Positions 36,548-46,022 of a stretch of 64,000 nucleotides of DNA are shown one piece after another. How positions within the stretch are numbered: the stretch's first letter is position 1; every line of letters starts with the position of its first letter. A program made the position numbers and the translations under genes. The stretch is taken from contig CAJOMC010000003.1 in NCBI GenBank assembly GCA_905235635.1, forward strand, positions 15,018 through 79,017, read 5' to 3'. The notes under the pieces were generated by a model that saw only the letters and a program-made list of their open reading frames with translations, made no database searches and was not told where the DNA came from. This DNA comes from an uncultured Bacilli bacterium. GTDB lineage: Bacteria; Bacillota_I; Bacilli_A; Izemoplasmatales; UBA1188.

Positions 36548-39511
36548 ATGATTAATATATCTTCTAGCTACTCATTTAATGGTTCACTTATACAAACAAA
36601 ATCATTAAATGGCATAGAAAAACTTGGATATAAGGCACTTGGGCTTGTGGATACAAGCACCGCCTTTTATATTAATTTTTATAGCTATCTTAAATCTCAC
36701 GATATAAAACCTATTTTAGGTTTTAGAGTAAGGGGTAAAAACTATGATTATATTATCTATGCGAAAAATAGTATTGGATATAAAAAGATATTATATTATG
36801 CATCAGAAATAACACCTAAGGACGATGCGAAAGATGTCTATGATTTAATTAAAGATCCTAATCTAATATACGTATTCGATTTATCGCATTTTACTTCCGA
36901 AAATTTTAGTAACATTAAAGAAGAATATGACTTTTTAGTAAACGAAGGCTATAGTGTCTATCTTGGAGTAGATTTCTTATATTATCCTTGTGAAGTTGGC
37001 CTATATCCTCAAATAAAAGATAACTATAAATGCTTAACCATTGAGAGTGTGAAATATATTAATGAAGATGATAAAGAAGCTAGTGATGTGCTTCATGCAA
37101 TCTTAAATCAAACAAAGATAGAAGAGCCTAATATCTTTGATATAGAGGGTAGTATTTCACACCACTTAAAGAACTATAATTCTTTTATTAATTCATACAA
37201 GGATTATCCTGAATTAATAAAAGAACTTAATGATTTTGTATCACAAATAGATATAGAAATAGAGACCACTAAAGTTCTTCCTAAATATCAAAATAGTTAT
37301 AATATGGAATCAAGTGAATTCTTAAGAGCTCTCGCAAATAAGGGACTTAAAAGAAGACTATCTGGAACCAGTAAGGATCTAGATTATTATAAGAAAAGAC
37401 TAGATTATGAATTAGATATCATCCATAGGATGGGTTTTGATGATTACTTCCTTGTGGTATATGATTTTGTATTATATGCGAAAAAGAATAATATTTATGT
37501 TGGTCCTGGAAGAGGATCTTCTTCATCAAGCCTTGTCTCATATTCACTAGGTATAGTCGAGGTAGATCCAATTGAATATTCTTTATATTTTGAAAGATTT
37601 TTAAATCCTGAAAGAAAGACTATGCCTGATATCGACATAGATATTGAAGATACAAGACGTGATGACGTGATTAGATATGTGAGCGAAAGGTATGGGTTAA
37701 CTCATGTATCTCTTATATCTACCTATCAGACCTTCCTCGCTAAATCATCAATTAGAGATGTTTCTAAAGTGCTTGAGATAGACGATACAAAGGTTAATAT
37801 GCTTGCATCTTTAATTAATGAAACAGAAAATAGTATAGATGCACTTATGCTTAACACAAAAGCTAAAACCTATTATCAAAATGATGATGATTATAAAAGA
37901 ATTATTGATATATCTAAAAAGATAGAAGGGCTACCTAGAAGTATAGGTACTCACGCCGCAGGAGTTATCATCTCTGATAAAGATTTAAGAGAATATAGTG
38001 AAATTCACATGGGTCAGTCTGGCTTTATTCAAACAACCTATGATTCTGATTCCTTAAAATATATAGGTTTACTTAAGATGGACTTCCTATCCTTAAAAAA
38101 CCTATCTATTATTCATGATATTGTCTCAGATATAGAAAAATATGAACATAAGAAAATCAATATCTTTAGATTAAGATTAGATGATCCTGATACATATAGA
38201 TATTTATCTAGTAAATCAACACTAGGTATATTCCAACTTGAAAGCCCTGGAATTAGCGATTTACTAAGAAAGATGAAGGTAAGGAACATCAATGATTTAG
38301 CTCTTGTGCTTGCGCTATATAGACCAGGACCTATGGAATCAATCCCCACATATCTTAGAAGGCGTAATGGTAAAGAAAGAATAGATTATTATGATAAATC
38401 TATCGAAAATGTCTTAAAAGAAACACTAGGAGTTGTAGTATTCCAGGAACAGACCATGGCTATAGTATCTAGATACGCTGGATTAAGCCTCGCTGATGCG
38501 GATATTATAAGACGCGCAATGTCATCTAAAGATGAATCACTAATTAATTCTATCAAAGAAAGATTCTTTGAATCATCACTTAAGATGGGAAGAAATGAGG
38601 ATGTTACTAAGAAATTATTTAGTGATATAGAATCATTTGCGGGATATGGCTTTAATAAAGCCCACGCTATTTCATATTCACTAATTTCCTATTATTTAGC
38701 ATTCCTTAAAACTCACTACACTAAATATTTTTTAGCGAATCTACTTAAAAGTTCATCTAGTATTAAATATATTAAAGAATGTAATCAGTTGGGTATAAAG
38801 GTTATGCCACCTGATGCGAGATTTTCTCGCAGTGAATACACAGTTCACGATACCAGTATTTATATGCCATATACAGAGATTAAAGGAATAGGATATTCTT
38901 ACTCAAATGAAATTGTTCATCTTCTTAAAGAAGCAAACTATGATTTTGAATCTTTTATTAGATTATCAAAAGATAAATTACCTAGAGGATTAGTAGAAGA
39001 TTTAATCTATTCTGGTGTTTTTGATTATACGAAATACAATAAAAACACCCTAATATCATCCCTAGATGGTTTATTTGAATTTGATTCTAGTTTAGTAAAA
39101 GGTATGAAGAATAAAATTGAAATCAAAGATGAATATTCATTTGATTATTTAAAAGAAAAAGAATTTGATTTATTATCTATCAACTTTAAATATCATCCAA
39201 TCAAATTATATAAGGGTGATTATGATAAGATATCAGATATTGAGGTTGATCCATATACACAAAAGACCATAGTAGCCTATATTAGAGGACTTAAAAGATT
39301 TAAAACTAAGAATAATACCTATATGGCAAAATTCTATATAGAAGATGAGTTTAAATCAGTATCTGCGATTATATTCTCAAAAGAATATCTTTCCTATGAG
39401 CATATCTTAAAAGATAATAACCTATACATCTTAGAAGGTACATATAGAAAAGACAACAACAGTGATGATGAAATATTTATTGTGAGGAGAGTATTTCAAT
39501 TAAATGAGTGA
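36548..39511 (+). CDS. dnaE: DNA polymerase III alpha subunit, DnaE type
   Basis: 987 aa with palm/fingers motifs (PDIDIDI, GTHAAGVII, GLLKMDFLSL, FNKAHA) and a C-terminal OB-fold region. The N-terminal PHP region is unusually degenerate. Confidence 0.9.
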   Translation: MINISSSYSFNGSLIQTKSLNGIEKLGYKALGLVDTSTAFYINFYSYLKSHDIKPILGFRVRGKNYDYIIYAKNSIGYKKILYYASEITPKDDAKDVYDLIKDPNLIYVFDLSHFTSENFSNIKEEYDFLVNEGYSVYLGVDFLYYPCEVGLYPQIKDNYKCLTIESVKYINEDDKEASDVLHAILNQTKIEEPNIFDIEGSISHHLKNYNSFINSYKDYPELIKELNDFVSQIDIEIETTKVLPKYQNSYNMESSEFLRALANKGLKRRLSGTSKDLDYYKKRLDYELDIIHRMGFDDYFLVVYDFVLYAKKNNIYVGPGRGSSSSSLVSYSLGIVEVDPIEYSLYFERFLNPERKTMPDIDIDIEDTRRDDVIRYVSERYGLTHVSLISTYQTFLAKSSIRDVSKVLEIDDTKVNMLASLINETENSIDALMLNTKAKTYYQNDDDYKRIIDISKKIEGLPRSIGTHAAGVIISDKDLREYSEIHMGQSGFIQTTYDSDSLKYIGLLKMDFLSLKNLSIIHDIVSDIEKYEHKKINIFRLRLDDPDTYRYLSSKSTLGIFQLESPGISDLLRKMKVRNINDLALVLALYRPGPMESIPTYLRRRNGKERIDYYDKSIENVLKETLGVVVFQEQTMAIVSRYAGLSLADADIIRRAMSSKDESLINSIKERFFESSLKMGRNEDVTKKLFSDIESFAGYGFNKAHAISYSLISYYLAFLKTHYTKYFLANLLKSSSSIKYIKECNQLGIKVMPPDARFSRSEYTVHDTSIYMPYTEIKGIGYSYSNEIVHLLKEANYDFESFIRLSKDKLPRGLVEDLIYSGVFDYTKYNKNTLISSLDGLFEFDSSLVKGMKNKIEIKDEYSFDYLKEKEFDLLSINFKYHPIKLYKGDYDKISDIEVDPYTQKTIVAYIRGLKRFKTKNNTYMAKFYIEDEFKSVSAIIFSKEYLSYEHILKDNNLYILEGTYRKDNNSDDEIFIVRRVFQLNE

Positions 39512-41489
39512 ATTTAATCTTATTACTGAGATGACACCTAAAGGTGATCAAGAAAAAGCGATTAATGAAATAACCAATTATTTAAATAACGGGCAAAATG
39601 AAGTAGTTTTACTTGGTGCAACAGGCACCGGTAAAACTTTTACTATTGCGAATGTGATTAAAAATATTGGAAAGAAAACTTTAGTCCTTGCGCATAATAA
39701 AACTCTAGCTGGCCAACTCTATATGGAACTTAAAAATCTCTTTCCAAATAATAGGGTAGAATATTTTATTTCATACTATGACTACTATCAGCCAGAAGCA
39801 TATGTTGTATCAAGCGACACATATATTGAAAAAGAAGCTACAATCAATGATGAAATAGATAGATTAAGAAATAGTGCCACTGCATCACTTCTTGAAAGGG
39901 ATGATGTCATAGTCGTAGCATCAGTTTCTTGTATCTATGGAATAGGTTCACCTGATTCATATGAGAATCAGATGATTTTACTTAGAAGAGGTGATTTAAT
40001 CTCAAGAAGTGAGCTAATTAAGAAACTAGTTACATCTGATTATTTAAGAACTGACATGGATTTAACTAGAGGCACCTTTAGAGTTAAAGGCGATATAATT
40101 GATATTCTTCCCCCTTATAGATCTGATAAAGCTATAAGAGTTACCATAGAATTTGATGAAATAGCGTCTATTAAGGAAATAGATGTTGTATCACTTAAAA
40201 CTCTCAAAGAGCTAGAAATAGAGATGATTTACCCTGCGAGTCAGTTTGTGACTGATAAAAATACTCTAGATGAATCAATAAGACGAATTGAGGAAGAACT
40301 AGAAGATAGAATTAAATATTTTAATGATAATAATATGCCACTTGAGGCAGAACGAATCTCTCAAAGAACTAGATATGATATTGAGATGCTTAAGGAGATT
40401 GGAACTTGTCAAGGTATAGAAAACTATTCAAGGCACCTAGCATTAAAGGGGCCAGGAGAAGAACCATATACTTTGCTTGATTATCTTGGTAATGATTATT
40501 TAATTGTTGTTGATGAATCACATATCACTATACCTCAGGTAAGAGGTATGTTTAATGGTGATAGATCAAGAAAACAAACTCTAGTTGACTTTGGCTTTAG
40601 ACTTCCAAGCGCTCTAGATAATAGACCACTAAATTTCTGTGAATTTGAATCCAAAATGAAACAAGTTGTCTATATGAGCGCAACCCCTGGTGACTATGAA
40701 AAAGAAAGAGGCCCTATTGTTGAACAGATTATTCGTCCATCATATTTACTAGACCCGCTTGTTGATGTACACCCATCTACTAATGAGATAGATGACGTCT
40801 TAAAAGAAGTAGATAAGACAGTAAAGAACGGCTATAGAGTGTTAATTACTACCCTAACTATTAAGATGAGTGAAGATTTATCCGACTATTTAAAGAAGTT
40901 AGGCTATAAAGTAGCCTATCTTCATAGTGAAATAAAAGCATTAGAACGTCTTGAGATAATTAGAAAACTACGTCTTGGTGAATATGAAATCCTGGTAGGT
41001 ATTAACCTACTTAGAGAGGGTCTTGATATACCAGAGGTACAAAAAATCCTCGTTCTTGATGCGGACAAAGAAGGTTTCTTAAGAAGTGAAAGATCACTCA
41101 TTCAAACTATAGGTAGAGCCGCAAGGAATGCAGATGGTGAGGTAATACTATACGCAGACCACATGACAGATTCTATTTCAAACACCATTAAGGAAACCTA
41201 TAGAAGACGTAAGATTCAAGAAGAATATAATATTCTTCATAATACTACCCCAAAGACAATCTATAAACCTATTGGTGAAGCATTAATATTATCTAAAGAG
41301 ATTAAATCAGAAGAAGATAAAGTTAAACTTGATATCACTAGACTTCCTTTAAAAGAAAGAGAGAAAGTATTCTCTCATATGGAAAAGGAAATGGCTAAAG
41401 CTGCGAAAGCTTTAGACTTTGAACGTGCTATGGAAATAAGAGATGCATTATTTGAACTAAAAGCTCTAGTAGGAGATAAACTTGCCTAA
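39504..41489 (+). CDS. uvrB: excinuclease ABC subunit B
   Basis: GATGTGKTF Walker A, DESH box, helicase motifs and the C-terminal UVR motif (ALDFERAMEIRDALFELK); 661 aa. Confidence 0.96.
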   Translation: MSEFNLITEMTPKGDQEKAINEITNYLNNGQNEVVLLGATGTGKTFTIANVIKNIGKKTLVLAHNKTLAGQLYMELKNLFPNNRVEYFISYYDYYQPEAYVVSSDTYIEKEATINDEIDRLRNSATASLLERDDVIVVASVSCIYGIGSPDSYENQMILLRRGDLISRSELIKKLVTSDYLRTDMDLTRGTFRVKGDIIDILPPYRSDKAIRVTIEFDEIASIKEIDVVSLKTLKELEIEMIYPASQFVTDKNTLDESIRRIEEELEDRIKYFNDNNMPLEAERISQRTRYDIEMLKEIGTCQGIENYSRHLALKGPGEEPYTLLDYLGNDYLIVVDESHITIPQVRGMFNGDRSRKQTLVDFGFRLPSALDNRPLNFCEFESKMKQVVYMSATPGDYEKERGPIVEQIIRPSYLLDPLVDVHPSTNEIDDVLKEVDKTVKNGYRVLITTLTIKMSEDLSDYLKKLGYKVAYLHSEIKALERLEIIRKLRLGEYEILVGINLLREGLDIPEVQKILVLDADKEGFLRSERSLIQTIGRAARNADGEVILYADHMTDSISNTIKETYRRRKIQEEYNILHNTTPKTIYKPIGEALILSKEIKSEEDKVKLDITRLPLKEREKVFSHMEKEMAKAAKALDFERAMEIRDALFELKALVGDKLA

Positions 41490-42822
41490 TATTAAAGTAA
41501 ATGATAGATTTATCGCATCGTCCTTAGGTATTAATAATTACGCAAAAGGAATCTGTAAGATTGATTCTTTTTTAGTATTTGTGGATGATTTATATCAAGG
41601 TGAAACTGCAATTATTGAAATAACTGACGTAAAGAAAAACTATGCATTCGCTAAAGTGATAGAATATAAAAATACTATTAAAGAGAGAGCAAAAGATAAA
41701 TGCCATCATAGTCATTTATCAGGGACATGCCCTTTTAATAATATTACTTTAGATTATGAAAACTACATTAAAACTAATATGGTTAAATCTAATATAGAAA
41801 GGGCATTAAACATCAAATTAGATAATATAGAATGCCTATCTTTAAATGAAAATGATAAAAGAAACAAAATAACTGTATTCTTTAATAAGTTAGGAGAATT
41901 TGGCTATTTTATGCCAAATACTCATAATATAGTTAAAATAGATGATTGTATTCAAATACATAGTGATATCTTAGATTTATTAAATCATTTAAGCACTTTA
42001 GTTAAAGAATATAATATACCCATATTTGACTATGTGAATAAAACCGGTATTTTTAAAGGTGTATCTATTAGGCGTAGTGATTATAACCAAAAGATGACTA
42101 TAATGTTACTATCTACTAAATTAGATAACAAATATAAAGATATAACTAAATTACTAATATCAAAATATAGTAACATCATTGGTGTATCTGTCTCTATCAT
42201 AGGTAAAGATACTACAGTAGTATATGGCAAAGAGACTACTTTATATGGAGTTAACTATATAGAAGAAAAAATACTAGGTAACCTGTATAGAATATCTAAT
42301 CAATCATTCCTCCAGGTTAATACTAAAGGAGCTGAATTAATTTATAATACAGCCATTAAAATGGCAAACCTAAAAACCACTGATAAAGTATTAGATCTAT
42401 ATTCAGGGGCTGGAGGAATTTCGCTAAGTATAGCGAAATACGTTAAAGATGTTATTGGAATAGAAATAGTTAAAGATGCAGTAGATAGTGCTAACTATAA
42501 TAAGAGTATTAATGATATAAACAATGTGTATTTCTATAATACCGATGCATCTAACGCTAAAAATATTATTAATAATAAGAAATTTGATGTGATATTTGTT
42601 GACCCGCCAAGGCAAGGATTATCACACGATACAATAGATTTTATTATTAAAGAATTACCAAGAAAAATAATATATGTATCATGTGACTCATATACCTTAT
42701 CCAACAATTTAAAAGAACTAATTAGATTCTATGAATTAGATGATATTAAGGTATTAAACACATTCGTTTCATCAAGACATTCTGAAGTAGTATGTGCACT
42801 ATCAATTAAGGAGCAAAATTAA
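41482..42822 (+). CDS. 23S rRNA (uracil-C5)-methyltransferase, RlmCD/RumA family
   Basis: N-terminal TRAM-like domain; LDLYSGAGGISL SAM motif; FVDPPRQG; catalytic VSCD. TTG start overlaps uvrB by 8 nt. Confidence 0.85.
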   Translation: MPNIKVNDRFIASSLGINNYAKGICKIDSFLVFVDDLYQGETAIIEITDVKKNYAFAKVIEYKNTIKERAKDKCHHSHLSGTCPFNNITLDYENYIKTNMVKSNIERALNIKLDNIECLSLNENDKRNKITVFFNKLGEFGYFMPNTHNIVKIDDCIQIHSDILDLLNHLSTLVKEYNIPIFDYVNKTGIFKGVSIRRSDYNQKMTIMLLSTKLDNKYKDITKLLISKYSNIIGVSVSIIGKDTTVVYGKETTLYGVNYIEEKILGNLYRISNQSFLQVNTKGAELIYNTAIKMANLKTTDKVLDLYSGAGGISLSIAKYVKDVIGIEIVKDAVDSANYNKSINDINNVYFYNTDASNAKNIINNKKFDVIFVDPPRQGLSHDTIDFIIKELPRKIIYVSCDSYTLSNNLKELIRFYELDDIKVLNTFVSSRHSEVVCALSIKEQN

Positions 42823-42887
42823 AACTAGATTCACTTTATAATAAGTTAAATCTCTTAGAGTTAATCGCCCTAGGTTGTGTTGGAACT

Positions 42888-43049
42888 ATGTTCCTATTTG
42901 CTTTAGTATCAAAAATACTACACCAATGTGGATACACAGTAGTATTCTCTATTCTAAATCTATTAGTTTGTGTTGGAGTTACATTCTTATTCCTAATTGA
43001 TAAAAACATAATTAAATTAAATTCTAGGAATAAAGAAAATGAAGAATAA
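42888..43049 (+). CDS. small hydrophobic protein (53 aa from the ATG; the open frame extends upstream to 42808)
   Basis: + strand frame ...LIALGCVGTMFLFALVSKILHQCGYTVVFSILNLLVCVGVTFLFLIDKN...; a + strand terminator follows. AAGGAG at 42808-42813 has no canonical start behind it. Preferred over the antisense track ORF 42836..43084. Confidence 0.4.
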   Translation: MFLFALVSKILHQCGYTVVFSILNLLVCVGVTFLFLIDKNIIKLNSRNKENEE

Positions 43050-43064
43050 AAGATAAACAAAAAA

Positions 43065-43091
43065 TGTCGCCTCACTGGTGACACTTTTTGT
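43065..43091 (+). terminator. rho-independent terminator closing the dnaE-uvrB-rlmCD-small ORF unit
   Basis: TGTCGCC / GGTGACA stem (one G-U pair), loop TCACT, then CTTTTTGT. Confidence 0.7.
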
Positions 43092-43339
43092 ATTGATTAA
43101 TCATATAATATAGTTTTTTTTACTATTAATTACTGAAAGACATTAATTTATTATCATTATCATAAAATGTATATACAATTATCTTTATTTTATTCATTAA
43201 ATCCAATAAAATTGTATTAGAAGGAGTTAATACTATAATTTATACTATTAATTAAAACCAAATTATAAAAGATCGTAATATTATACATACGATAGAGGCA
43301 CATTCTCCGTATCCAAATATAGTTAAAGATTAATAAAAG

Positions 43340-44128
43340 ATGAAAGCATACTTTATAACTAGTGACACACACAGTTTCTTTGAACCGTTTTATAATGAAC
43401 TACTTGAAAAAGGATTTGATATTAATAATGAAAGTCATATCCTAATTTTCTGTGGAGATTTATTTGATAGAGGACCAGACAGTATGAAACTATACGAGTT
43501 TATTAAATCTATTCCAAAAGGAAGAAGAGTGCTTATAAAAGGAAATCATGAATATTTATTCATTAATTTATTATATAAAGATATCCCAGATCATTATGAC
43601 CATACAAATGGCACAGTTAATACACTTATAACTCTCACAAATGATAAATATACAAACTGGCATGATTTAGTTATAGATCCAAAACTAGATGAAATTAAGA
43701 GATGGTTCCTTTCAAAAGAATGGGTAGATTACTTCGAGACAAACAATTATATATTTACCCATGCATTTATTCCACTTCTAATAGATGAAGCATCATATAT
43801 TAGACATATGTATAATGTAGATATAAGATATTTATCATATAAAGATAATTGGAGAGAATCAACTCCAAAAGAATTCGAAAATGCGACATGGGGCTGTCCT
43901 TGGAGGCTCGCAAAAGCATGGCTAAATCAAACAGGTAAAACAATTGTATGTGGCCACTGGCATACATCAGACTTCTTCAATAATTTAATGAATCTAGAAC
44001 ACAAATATAATCTCTATGAAGAAAACCCTATATTCATATCTAAAGAATATAATCTAATAGGACTAGATGCCTGTACAGCCGCAACCCATAAAGTTAATGT
44101 ATTAGTTCTTAATGAAGATGAATTATAA
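43340..44128 (+). CDS. metallophosphoesterase (PPP/ApaH-like Ser/Thr phosphatase fold)
   Basis: SDTH, GDLFDRGPDS, GNHE and GHWH motifs; 262 aa. Confidence 0.75.
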   Translation: MKAYFITSDTHSFFEPFYNELLEKGFDINNESHILIFCGDLFDRGPDSMKLYEFIKSIPKGRRVLIKGNHEYLFINLLYKDIPDHYDHTNGTVNTLITLTNDKYTNWHDLVIDPKLDEIKRWFLSKEWVDYFETNNYIFTHAFIPLLIDEASYIRHMYNVDIRYLSYKDNWRESTPKEFENATWGCPWRLAKAWLNQTGKTIVCGHWHTSDFFNNLMNLEHKYNLYEENPIFISKEYNLIGLDACTAATHKVNVLVLNEDEL

Positions 44129-44218
44129 AAGCCACAATAAATGTTTATAGTAATAGTTCTATAAGAGTTCGGGTGAGCCATTTAGGTTAATATAAGTGTA
44201 AAATAGTAATAATTTACT

Positions 44219-44264
44219 AATACTAGATTATCTCTACATTTAGGGATTTTCTAGTATTTTTTAT
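44219..44264 (+). terminator. hairpin terminator after the metallophosphoesterase gene
   Basis: AATACTAGA / TCTAGTATT perfect 9-bp stem, long loop, then TTTTTAT. Confidence 0.6.
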
Positions 44265-44278
44265 ATAATACTCTAGTA

Positions 44279-44306
44279 TTGATTAATAATAAAAAAAACT
44301 TATAAT
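44279..44306 (+). promoter_or_regulatory. promoter of the GNAT gene, placed for a leaderless or near-leaderless transcript
   Basis: TTGATT, 16-nt spacer, TATAAT. Only 9 nt separate the -10 box from the ATG at 44316, and there is no SD. Confidence 0.45.
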
Positions 44307-44315
44307 ATAAATATT

Positions 44316-44798
44316 ATGAAAAAAGTATTTGAATCAGAAAGAATAAATTTTGTAGAAATATCGGACGAACTAATAGATGACTATCTAACTATGATAAATG
44401 ATATGGATAATGTACAAAGGTTTATCGGTGAAATTAGAGAGCCTTTTACATATGAAGAAGAGCTTAATTGGGTGCATACAAGGAAGAAGGATAATAATGT
44501 TATATTCTCTATGATTGATAAAGAAACCAATATGTTTATAGGAAATATAGAGTTTATGAACATAGAAGATAGTAGTGCTGAATTAGGCATCTCAATTACA
44601 TATTCTATGCAGATAAAAGGATATGGCATAGAAAGCATTAAAGCCATTCTTAACTATGGCTTTACTACCCTTAATCTTAATAAAATATACCTACGTACTA
44701 AGATATTCAATAATAGGGCAATACACGTTTATCATAAATGTGGATTTAAAGATTTTAAGATGGAAGATAACCATATATTTATGGAAATAGAAAAATAG
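44316..44798 (+). CDS. GNAT-family N-acetyltransferase (RimJ/RimL-like)
   Basis: AELGISI...QIKGYGIESIKAILNYGF...RAIHVYHKCGF acetyl-CoA-binding core; 160 aa. Confidence 0.8.
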   Translation: MKKVFESERINFVEISDELIDDYLTMINDMDNVQRFIGEIREPFTYEEELNWVHTRKKDNNVIFSMIDKETNMFIGNIEFMNIEDSSAELGISITYSMQIKGYGIESIKAILNYGFTTLNLNKIYLRTKIFNNRAIHVYHKCGFKDFKMEDNHIFMEIEK

Positions 44799-44879
44799 TT
44801 CCCATTAATCAACCAAAATATTTATATTTTATTCTACTAGTGATATTATTTATTAAACTAATAATTAAATAATATTTAT

Positions 44880-45986
44880 ATGCAACTACTAAAGATTGAA
44901 GAATTTAAAAGAGAAGATAATAGACAATATAATTTTTATTTACTAAAATCATTTTCAATTATAGCTATGCTTATATGCCATATGGTTTTTAGACTTGGCA
45001 TGTACAAAGAGGGATATGAAAATGATTTTAGTTATTTTTTTGCGGATATTATCTTAGGATGCTACCTAGGTGTTGCGCACGCATTTATGTTTTCAATGGG
45101 TACATCAATCTATTATTCTAATAATCAAAAGCCTATTGAATTAATTAAAAGAGGAATTATTATTTATCTTTTAGGATATGTGCTTAATTTCTTTTGCTAT
45201 GGAATATACGCACTCATTGATGGACTCATTGAAGGCGAATTTGTAGAAGAAACAATAGAAGCATTAATAGGTCAAGATATCTTCCATTTCGCAGGTCTTG
45301 CCTTAATCCTAACCGGATTCCTTAAATCAATAAAATTAAAAGATATCTACATATTAATAATCTCTCTTGTACTATCGTTAGTAGGATATTTCCTTGCCTT
45401 TACATATAATGGTAATAGTTTTATATTAGATTTCATTATTTGTCACTTTGTATATACGGATGGAGTATGTTCATGTTTCTCACTATTTCACTGGTATATA
45501 TTTGTGGCATTTGGTTTATTCTTTGGTAATATTTTAAAGAATACTAAAGATAAAGACCGATTATATAAAAGAGTGTTAATGATATCATTACCTATAATGG
45601 TGGCATATATCGTACTATCATCTATATTTGGTACTTTATTTCTTTCGAAAGAAGGTGAATATTATGCGCTAAGCATACTTGAAGCACTTGGCCTTCTATC
45701 AATTGATTTAGTACTACTATCACTATACCATTTCTTATTAAATAAGGTAGATGCATCTAAATTTAACTTATTTATCGTGATGAGTAAAAACCTTACATCA
45801 ATTTATATAATATCTTGGTGTATTATAGGCTTTTTAGAAGCAGTATTTTGTTATATACTAGGTATAGTGTTTAATTACTTTGTACTATACCTAATGGGTA
45901 TAGTATTAGTAGTGGTTTCTTACTTAATCTCTATTATGTATAAAAACATAAAAAGTAATATTCAACTTAAAAAACAAACTATATAA
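44880..45986 (+). CDS. polytopic membrane protein, acyltransferase-3/DUF1624-like
   Basis: 368 aa with about 10 TM segments. The N-terminal LLKSFSIIAMLICHM resembles the conserved His-containing first helix of membrane O-/N-acyltransferases. Weak call. Confidence 0.5.
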   Translation: MQLLKIEEFKREDNRQYNFYLLKSFSIIAMLICHMVFRLGMYKEGYENDFSYFFADIILGCYLGVAHAFMFSMGTSIYYSNNQKPIELIKRGIIIYLLGYVLNFFCYGIYALIDGLIEGEFVEETIEALIGQDIFHFAGLALILTGFLKSIKLKDIYILIISLVLSLVGYFLAFTYNGNSFILDFIICHFVYTDGVCSCFSLFHWYIFVAFGLFFGNILKNTKDKDRLYKRVLMISLPIMVAYIVLSSIFGTLFLSKEGEYYALSILEALGLLSIDLVLLSLYHFLLNKVDASKFNLFIVMSKNLTSIYIISWCIIGFLEAVFCYILGIVFNYFVLYLMGIVLVVVSYLISIMYKNIKSNIQLKKQTI

Positions 45987-46022
45987 TAATTAATATTTAA
46001 AATGTAAGGAGAGAATAAATTA

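Noticed and set aside
42836-43084. 82-aa minus-strand ORF in the rlmCD-MPE spacer.
   Set aside because: Its start codon would lie inside the + strand terminator hairpin (43065-43083). The + strand encodes a more protein-like hydrophobic frame that this terminator follows.
43092-43339. AT-rich 250-bp spacer with a 10-bp perfect palindrome TGTATATACA (43168-43177), an orphan GAAGGAG with no start codon behind it, and a small hairpin ATCGTA..TACGAT. It was considered as a riboswitch, sRNA or operator.
   Set aside because: I see no recognisable riboswitch core or conserved structure. Stems are short and AT-only, and such palindromes are expected by chance at this base composition. It cannot be supported without comparative or transcript data.
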